Shown here: positions 57,837-64,000 of the stretch, piece after piece
Layout: each line of letters starts with the position of its first letter
Position numbering within the stretch: position 1 is the stretch's first letter
Source of the DNA: Sapientia aquatica
GTDB taxonomy: Bacteria; Pseudomonadota; Gammaproteobacteria; Burkholderiales; Burkholderiaceae_D
Assembly (NCBI RefSeq): GCF_004358105.1
Contig: NZ_SMYL01000003.1
Location: 65,371 to 129,370 of the forward strand
Reading direction: 5' to 3'
DNA: 64,000 bases
Program-made: the position numbers and the translations under genes
Notes under the pieces: generated by a model
Databases searched by the model: none
Told to the model about the DNA's origin: nothing
The model's input: the letters and a program-made list of their open reading frames with translations, nothing else

Positions 57837-58022
57837 ATGACCAGTGAATATTACTCAATCGACCTCGATGACCAACCATCGCCGAAATTCAATCCTGAAG
57901 CAATTTGCGACTGTCGAAATTGCTTTCCTGTTTGCCGACTAGTCAAAGAACCGTTAAGTCCAATCGCGCAGCAAATGCGTGACGCCATGACCAAGCACGG
58001 TGGTTCGTCGCTACAGGCGTAA
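57837..58022 (+). CDS. Small Cys-rich hypothetical protein (61 aa).
   Basis: GGAGA RBS 5 nt upstream. CDCRNCFPVC cluster. No recognisable family. Confidence 0.3.
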   Translation: MTSEYYSIDLDDQPSPKFNPEAICDCRNCFPVCRLVKEPLSPIAQQMRDAMTKHGGSSLQA

Positions 58023-58472
58023 GTATTTAAAAGCAATAACGTTTGATTCTCCTCGTTGGAACTTGTGCCGCCTTGATTTTGCAATCCAATCAATGCGGCA
58101 ATTTCTTTTGGCACCAAGTAGTATTTACGCCGAAGATCTGTTCAAAAAATCACCCGACAGTGCCCACAATCAATCTACCTCAACCAAAATGGCTTATTAA
58201 TCGCGTAGCGATTAACGTATATTTTTGGCGTAGCTTCCAGCGAAGTATCTAAGAATAACCCAACCGGTGCAGCACAGCACAACTCGACCAAATCCACGCC
58301 TCAATTAAAAGTTGCAATAAAGCATCTTTTGCGCGAATATAGATCGGAGCTCGGCTTGTAAATGCCCTATTTAGGGCATAGCCCATTCGCGTAAGATTCG
58401 CTAGGATGGCACATTCATCACCAGCTCGACTGTTGCAGCCTTCCTTTTCCCAACCCGCCACACAACATAACT

Positions 58473-59618
58473 ATGAAAACATTGATAGGCAACATCGCAT
58501 CGCTTTCGCTCGTCACAATTAATTTACTCGGCATCACTTCCGCATATGCGCAAGAAAATATGCAATTGGAAATTGGCCGCTTGCAGGTCTGCAACCCTGC
58601 AGACACGACCAAGAATGTCATTGAAATACCAGTGGACGGAAAATACCGTATCGCAGGTGTCAAAGTTGGACTGACCGAACCACTCGTCATTACGCCAATC
58701 GAGTTTTCACAGAATCCACCGAGGAGCACATCGGGAAATCGATTTAAATTAGAAAACCGCGATGGTAAATTAGTCGCCCAACTTAATTTCAACGGCGTAT
58801 CGTGCATTTATCTCGCCGCTCAAGCCCCCGTATTAAAAAACAATATTACGCTGTCGGGAACGCATGTCTCACCGAGTTGGAATTCTGAGGCTGATGGAAC
58901 CAACGTCGATGGAATTTCATACCGTTACTTCAATTCCATCGACCAAACCTACTACGTCGCTTCCGAAATTGGTAAAACGCTGACCTTTGCTGCACACGAT
59001 TCGCAAACCGGCTCAAATCTTAACAGCGATCACATCAACAAAATTGACGTCTCAAATCCCAAAATTGTGGGATTAATGGCTTCTGCCTTTCAATCCAACT
59101 TAGAGCGTCGCAATCAATACGACAGCGCTGTCATCGATCTAGAAAAACTTAACATAAACGTGAACGAGCTCGATGTCAGCAGTAGCTCGGACGTCACCAC
59201 ACTGATCGGGAAATTGAAGGAAGCGTTACAACCGCCAGCGCACTCACGGCTTCTCTTGGCGCTGCCAAAAAAGGGAAAGGTACAGTTAAAATTTTCCAAC
59301 CAAGCTTTGATTGGCAATCGATTGGCGGGTCAAGGCTTTTATAGAGATTCAAACGTGGTCGCTACGGGAGATACTGGCCCTGAGACCATCGTTCCCATGA
59401 CAGCCTTTATCAATTTTCAGGCAGCGCTCATCGATTTTGACTCTGGCAAATTAATTACATCTCAGGCTTACGCCGATGGACGCCTATTTTTTAGCAGTCA
59501 ATTCCCAATAGTGGACATAACGGACGCGATCGTGGACAAGCAAAAAATCGTTGCTCTCAATACCGCCGTTAATGTCGGCGTAGCCAGCGTAATGAAAGGC
59601 ATATTTGAAAGTAAATGA
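58473..59618 (+). CDS. Secreted hypothetical protein (signal peptide, beta-rich).
   Basis: N-terminal signal peptide ending AYAQE. Size 381 aa. No recognisable catalytic motif. Confidence 0.5.
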   Translation: MKTLIGNIASLSLVTINLLGITSAYAQENMQLEIGRLQVCNPADTTKNVIEIPVDGKYRIAGVKVGLTEPLVITPIEFSQNPPRSTSGNRFKLENRDGKLVAQLNFNGVSCIYLAAQAPVLKNNITLSGTHVSPSWNSEADGTNVDGISYRYFNSIDQTYYVASEIGKTLTFAAHDSQTGSNLNSDHINKIDVSNPKIVGLMASAFQSNLERRNQYDSAVIDLEKLNINVNELDVSSSSDVTTLIGKLKEALQPPAHSRLLLALPKKGKVQLKFSNQALIGNRLAGQGFYRDSNVVATGDTGPETIVPMTAFINFQAALIDFDSGKLITSQAYADGRLFFSSQFPIVDITDAIVDKQKIVALNTAVNVGVASVMKGIFESK

Positions 59619-59709
59619 GTCCGTTCCAATTTAAACAGTGAACTAGGTAGTATTTGATACATGCCCGCACAAATTTTGAGCATTCCACCAAATTAACAAA
59701 GGCGATTGG

Positions 59710-60570
59710 ATGATCCATATTTCTGAACTTGCATTCAACTACGCAAGCAAACCCGTTTACGCCGACTTTTCATTGAAGTTGACACAACCCGGCGTCGTTG
59801 GACTATTTGGTCGCAATGGAAGTGGAAAATCAACCTTGCTCAAAATTTTGTCCGGGCTATTATTCCCCGATCATGGCAAGGTTGAAGTGCTGCACTATGA
59901 GCCGAAGCGACGTCTACCAGCATTTTTAGAGCAAGTGTATTTCGTTCCCGAAGAATTCCATCTACCCGACATCAAAATCGCCGCGCTGCAAAAGCATCAC
60001 GCGCCGTTTTATCCAAAGTTTTCGCATCCTGATTTTGTGCGTTATAGCGAGATTTTTGAAATTCCTCAAGACAAAGGCTTTGCCACCATGAGTTTGGGGC
60101 AGAAGAAAAAAGCCGTGATCGCCTTTGCCCTCGCCACGCACACACCGTTACTGCTGATGGATGAGCCAACTAACGGACTCGATATTATGGGGCGGGCGCA
60201 ATTTAAACAAATTATGAGCGGACCGGAACATGCGGACCGCCTTGTATTAATCAGCACGCACCAGGCCCACGATTTAGAAAATCTGATGAACCATGTGCTG
60301 TTCGTCGATGGTGGCAAGATCGCACTATCGGCTAGCATGCCGCAATTGCAATCGGCGCTACATTTAGGCATCACGGACGATTTCAGCCAAACAGAGGGCT
60401 GCATTTATCACGAAGCATTGGGTAATCAATGGGCTTACGTCGCCGCTAACCACCACAACCACGCGGGGAAAATTAATTTGGAATTGCTCTACAAGGCGCT
60501 CAGTATTAACAAGCAAGGCGTACTGGATGCGATGTCAAAAAATCAGCCGCCAGTGGAGAAATCAGCATGA
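59710..60570 (+). CDS. ABC transporter ATP-binding protein.
   Basis: Walker A GRNGSGKST, Walker B LLLMDEPTNGLD, degenerate signature MSLGQKKK. Confidence 0.8.
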   Translation: MIHISELAFNYASKPVYADFSLKLTQPGVVGLFGRNGSGKSTLLKILSGLLFPDHGKVEVLHYEPKRRLPAFLEQVYFVPEEFHLPDIKIAALQKHHAPFYPKFSHPDFVRYSEIFEIPQDKGFATMSLGQKKKAVIAFALATHTPLLLMDEPTNGLDIMGRAQFKQIMSGPEHADRLVLISTHQAHDLENLMNHVLFVDGGKIALSASMPQLQSALHLGITDDFSQTEGCIYHEALGNQWAYVAANHHNHAGKINLELLYKALSINKQGVLDAMSKNQPPVEKSA

Positions 60571-61394
60571 GTAATTTTTTTAATGCCGCCCGATTTATTC
60601 GTTTGATTCAAGCGCATCTGACCGAAAATAGACGCGAATATGTGGGATTTGCTGCGGTGATGTGCATTCTCGATGTGGTATTCATTCTCATCAATTTAAA
60701 CACTTCAGGAACGTCCTATTTTGCATTTCAATTCACTTCCCAAATGGGTTGGTACGGATTTGGCCTTGCTGCGAGCAGTCTCATCTTTGCGGCACGCCAC
60801 TTCAGACAATTAGCTAAACCAGGTGCGGCCATTACTCACTTAATGCGACCAGCGTCTCAGTTTGAAAAATGTTTGTTAGCGTTTGTATTCATTGGCGTTC
60901 TATTCCCGCTGGCTTATACCTTGTTTTATACATTACTGAATTATCCCGCTGTGCAACTTGCTCAACATCGGTATGTCGCGCCCTCGGTATGCAGCACTTG
61001 CCCCGTCCAACTAGCGCCGGATTTTAGGTTTTATTTACCATTTATCTCCAAACTAAGATCATTCAATGGGGCTATCCAACATAGTAGGGACATTCGATTT
61101 ACGATCCAATTTTTGTTGATACTCTGGTCAGTTCAAGCACTGATTGTCGGCGGAGTGGTGTATTTCAAAAAGTCGCCGTTTTTGCGTACATTTTTAGCCC
61201 TATTCTTTTTGTGTATCGGATTATCCATCACCACCGCAACCTGGCAAACCAATGTGTTTTGGTCAACCGTCTATGGTGACTCGGGCGCCTATTCATTGTT
61301 TGAAATAATCTTATCAATACTGCGCTGGTTGCTGTTGCCGCTCATCCTTTGGATTGGGGTGTATTTCCATGTCAAAGAACGCGAGGTGGCATGA
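60567..61394 (+). CDS. Polytopic membrane protein, putative permease partner of the preceding ABC ATPase.
   Basis: Six predicted TM segments. 4-nt overlap with the ATPase gene. Confidence 0.5.
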   Translation: MSNFFNAARFIRLIQAHLTENRREYVGFAAVMCILDVVFILINLNTSGTSYFAFQFTSQMGWYGFGLAASSLIFAARHFRQLAKPGAAITHLMRPASQFEKCLLAFVFIGVLFPLAYTLFYTLLNYPAVQLAQHRYVAPSVCSTCPVQLAPDFRFYLPFISKLRSFNGAIQHSRDIRFTIQFLLILWSVQALIVGGVVYFKKSPFLRTFLALFFLCIGLSITTATWQTNVFWSTVYGDSGAYSLFEIILSILRWLLLPLILWIGVYFHVKEREVA

Positions 61395-62164
61395 TGAAAT
61401 ATCTCTTTAATCGGATCGGAGTTTGGATTTTTATCGCGGCTTTAGGTTTGTACCTCGGAAGTGGAATGCTGCTGGAGAAGCTCCATCACGATCGGCTGGA
61501 AGCAGCCAAGAACGCCCATGTTCAAGCAGAGCAATTGAATATTGGCTCGACTAAGTCCGCCGTGATAAAAGGCGTTATAAATAAGTTCAGCCAACTTCCG
61601 CTCCAAATTTATATTGCCTCACCGTCGAATCAATCTGAAATCCAAAATAACAATCTCAATGTCACGGTCGAGCAAAAAATAATCGGCGACACCTTAACCA
61701 TTTCGATCAATCAATCTAATACAGAAGCCTATATGAACTTGCAACCTATCAAAATTATGCTTCCTAAGGGGATCGAAAAACTCGATGTGAGCGGTGTAAA
61801 TAGAATCGAAATGGAAAATAGATTTTCAGCACCGGAGTTGGATTTTGGCCTAACAGTTTTAGACTGTGTTCCTAATATTAAGCTCGACAACTTATCGCTG
61901 CATCGCTTCAACATCAACAGCAAATGTCTACTCGAACCGAATAAAGAACTATTGGTTGACGAACCATTTAACCGACATATCGCCAACAACATTCAATTTG
62001 GCGAAAATATAACACTCCATGAAATGAATGCCAATCTAACCGCTGGCCATTTGTCGGTGGACGCTAGCTTTTCTTCAGACTTGACCACGCTTACCCTGAG
62101 CGACGCCGTTACCGTTAACGCGCACAGTCGGTTTCTAAGGAACACGCATTTTCTTGAGCAATAA
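61391..62164 (+). CDS. N-terminally anchored beta-rich protein (DUF4097/GIN-like adhesin-head-like?).
   Basis: Single N-terminal TM, then repetitive beta-strand-like segments. ATGA overlap with the permease gene. Confidence 0.4.
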   Translation: MMKYLFNRIGVWIFIAALGLYLGSGMLLEKLHHDRLEAAKNAHVQAEQLNIGSTKSAVIKGVINKFSQLPLQIYIASPSNQSEIQNNNLNVTVEQKIIGDTLTISINQSNTEAYMNLQPIKIMLPKGIEKLDVSGVNRIEMENRFSAPELDFGLTVLDCVPNIKLDNLSLHRFNINSKCLLEPNKELLVDEPFNRHIANNIQFGENITLHEMNANLTAGHLSVDASFSSDLTTLTLSDAVTVNAHSRFLRNTHFLEQ

Positions 62165-62217
62165 ATACTGACCTTGCAAGCAAAATAAATTCGCCTCAAC
62201 CTTTACCGAGGAAAAAC

Positions 62218-62748
62218 ATGGCACTAACACCCCAAACCTACATCATGTTTGCGTTCATTCCGCTGATTTTATGGCGCATGTATTCCCGTATCCGGCGCAT
62301 GGTGGGGCGACAAAAGCTAATCGCTTGGCGTCAAAACGTGACCGTGTGTTTATTTCCGCTGCTGGTTATGTTGATGGCCTTCGTCTCACTTTCCAATCCC
62401 TATGCGCTATTGGCATTAGCTGGTGGGTTGGCTGTCGGAACAGGTTTAGGCATCTTCGGACACCGCACTACCAAGTTCGAACACACGCACGAAGGTTTGT
62501 TTTACACGCCAAATTCGCATCTTGGCATCGGCCTATCGTTGCTATTGGTCGGACGTATTTTGTACCGCTTTATTGAAGTCGGTATGGCGGGAACGGGTGG
62601 TGCAACTCCACCACCTTCGCCCATCCCGACCGCGCCGACATTGCTGCTATTTGGTATGCTCGCTGGGTATTACGTCACCTATGCAATTGGGCTCATTATT
62701 TGGCGGCGGCGTGCGGCTAAAGAGAAACTGGTTCAACTTGATTCCTAA
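62218..62748 (+). CDS. Hypothetical membrane protein (4 TM).
   Basis: Hydrophobic profile. No motif recognised. Confidence 0.4.
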   Translation: MALTPQTYIMFAFIPLILWRMYSRIRRMVGRQKLIAWRQNVTVCLFPLLVMLMAFVSLSNPYALLALAGGLAVGTGLGIFGHRTTKFEHTHEGLFYTPNSHLGIGLSLLLVGRILYRFIEVGMAGTGGATPPPSPIPTAPTLLLFGMLAGYYVTYAIGLIIWRRRAAKEKLVQLDS

Positions 62749-63038
62749 GCATCTCAGGGAAACTCATCGGATACTCACCACACCTATTTACCCTCGGTAA
62801 ATAGGTCATCGGCTTCGCTCTCGAATCAAAACGCGGTTCAAAAAACGGGTCAAAAAAAATCTACCGCAGTGCTTGGCACCTAGTTTTTAGCAACAAGGTA
62901 AAATGCATCTGCAGTACGCAATTCATCCGTCTTATCTAACACGCTCACCCTCGTAAATTTATCCGCTATCGCCTTAAGTTGATATCGACTCAATCGCTGG
63001 CGTTTAAGTACATTTTTCAAAAATTAATGGAGATAACA

Positions 63039-63614
63039 ATGAAACGTATTTTATTGACTGGTCTTTTAGTAAGCTTATTTTCGCTGTCAGCGTTTGCCGC
63101 ACTTAAAGAAGGCGATAACGCGCCAGACTTCAGCGCACAAGCTTCCTTGAACGGCAAAGCATTTACTTTTTCTCTGCAATCAGCATTGAAAAAAGGCCCG
63201 GTGGTGGTGTACTTTTACCCCTCCGCGTACACCGGCGGTTGCAATATTCAAGCCCATACTTTTGCGGTCAATCAGGATAAATTTGCCGCTGCTGGCGTGA
63301 CCATTATTGGTGTTTCCTTGGATAGCATTGAGCGCTTAAATACCTTCTCTGCTGATCCCGAATATTGCGCAGGTAAGTTCCCTGTAGCCTCGGACGTCGA
63401 TGGCAAAATTTCTAAATCATTTGATTTATCCATCAAAGAAATCCCCGCTGGCGTGAAAGATTCACGCGGCATGGATATCGGTCACAACATCACCGAACGC
63501 ACGACCTTCATCATCGCTAGCGATGGAAAAATTGCGGCAAGCGTGGGTGGCGTATCGCCAGAAGAAAACGTCAACAAAGCACTCGCCTTGGCGCAGAAAA
63601 TCGCTATGCATTAA
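63039..63614 (+). CDS. Secreted peroxiredoxin (Bcp/PrxQ-like, AhpC/TSA family).
   Basis: Signal peptide. Peroxidatic motif YFYPSAYTGGCNIQA. GGAG RBS before Met 63039. The ORF track extends to 62979. Confidence 0.75.
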   Translation: MKRILLTGLLVSLFSLSAFAALKEGDNAPDFSAQASLNGKAFTFSLQSALKKGPVVVYFYPSAYTGGCNIQAHTFAVNQDKFAAAGVTIIGVSLDSIERLNTFSADPEYCAGKFPVASDVDGKISKSFDLSIKEIPAGVKDSRGMDIGHNITERTTFIIASDGKIAASVGGVSPEENVNKALALAQKIAMH

Positions 63615-63706
63615 TCATTCTTTAGCTTAATGCATGACAATCAATGCCGTCGGCTTGGTGCAAGTTGATGCAATTAATATGGTTAGATTGAGAAGGTAGT
63701 TTCAGC

Positions 63707-64000
63707 ATGATGATTCGATTAGTTTACGCCAGCCGAGCGGTCAATCTTGGGCCGGGCGATGTAAAAGATATTTTGGCCAGTTCGCGCCGCAACAACCAGC
63801 AATTGGCGGTGACCGGCGCGCTCAGTTTGACCAATGGTATTTTCTTGCAATGCCTTGAAGGTGATCGGGCGGCGGTCAATGCGCTGTACCATCACATTTT
63901 GAAAGACAAGCGCCACAACAAACCCGAAGTACTGGCGTTGGAAGAGATCACCCAACGCCAATTTACCTCGTGGAATATGGGCTTGGTCGCCTCCACGATG
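63707..64000 (+). CDS. BLUF-domain photoreceptor (N-terminal part, continues beyond the window end).
   Basis: Translation MMIRLVYASRAVNLGPGDVKDILASSRRNNQQLAVTGALSLTNGIFLQCLEGDRAAVNALYHHILKDKRHN...W.M contains the conserved Y, Q and W BLUF residues. AGAAGG RBS. No stop codon before 64000. Confidence 0.75.
   Translation, partial: MMIRLVYASRAVNLGPGDVKDILASSRRNNQQLAVTGALSLTNGIFLQCLEGDRAAVNALYHHILKDKRHNKPEVLALEEITQRQFTSWNMGLVASTM

Overview
This 64-kb window is a proteobacterial chromosomal segment (most likely gamma- or beta-proteobacterial, judging by CydX, YbgE and MsrPQ orthologues). Coding density is high, and many adjacent genes overlap as ATGA start/stop pairs. Features in order:

- A partial RND-efflux periplasmic adaptor runs off the left edge.
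- An ArsR-family regulator, a DUF2892 protein and a SAM methyltransferase follow.
- The first MCP carries a C-terminal CZB zinc-binding domain.
- A long minus-strand block reads cydP-like, cydA, cydB, cydX, ybgE, then an MBL-fold (persulfide-dioxygenase-like) protein, a rhodanese, an AhpD-like protein and a second rhodanese. This looks like a sulfide-tolerant respiration and sulfide-detoxification locus.
- A sigma-54 activator with a Cys/His-rich PAS domain is divergent from that block.
- A small catalase-related haem peroxidase comes next.
- An AT-rich integrative element of about 5 kb (about 13.1-18.1 kb) carries a P4-type integrase, an AlpA regulator, a replisome-organizer-like protein and unknown cargo genes. 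It ends at an orphan 3-prime fragment of a tRNA/tmRNA-like gene (T-arm, acceptor strand with U70, CCA) followed by a terminator.
- A translationally coupled Type I R-M operon reads hsdM, a YhcG-like PD-(D/E)XK nuclease, hsdS, hsdR.
- A chemotaxis-themed block contains MCP, CheY-like RR, a flotillin-like protein with four tandem repeats, a second CheY-like RR and a third MCP. That third MCP is co-oriented with a c-type cytochrome and an amicyanin-like cupredoxin.
- A dihaem cytochrome c peroxidase, msrP and msrQ form one operon.
- A beta-glucoside ABC importer sits with a GH1 beta-glucosidase.
- A Baeyer-Villiger monooxygenase, esterase, SDR and GMC oxidoreductase cluster has a divergent AraC regulator.
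- A membrane GGDEF-EAL protein and a lipoprotein type I pullulanase follow.
- An ABC ATPase, a permease and a beta-rich anchored protein form a three-gene unit.
- A secreted peroxiredoxin precedes a BLUF photoreceptor gene that runs off the right edge.

I saw no rRNA, no complete tRNA and no CRISPR array. The most promising candidates for an undescribed system are the cargo genes of the integrase/AlpA element beside the Type I R-M locus, especially a 280-aa protein with a winged-HTH-like N-terminus and a PD...E-x-E...K nuclease-like segment. The coupling of redox and sulfur genes to chemoreceptors is also worth follow-up.
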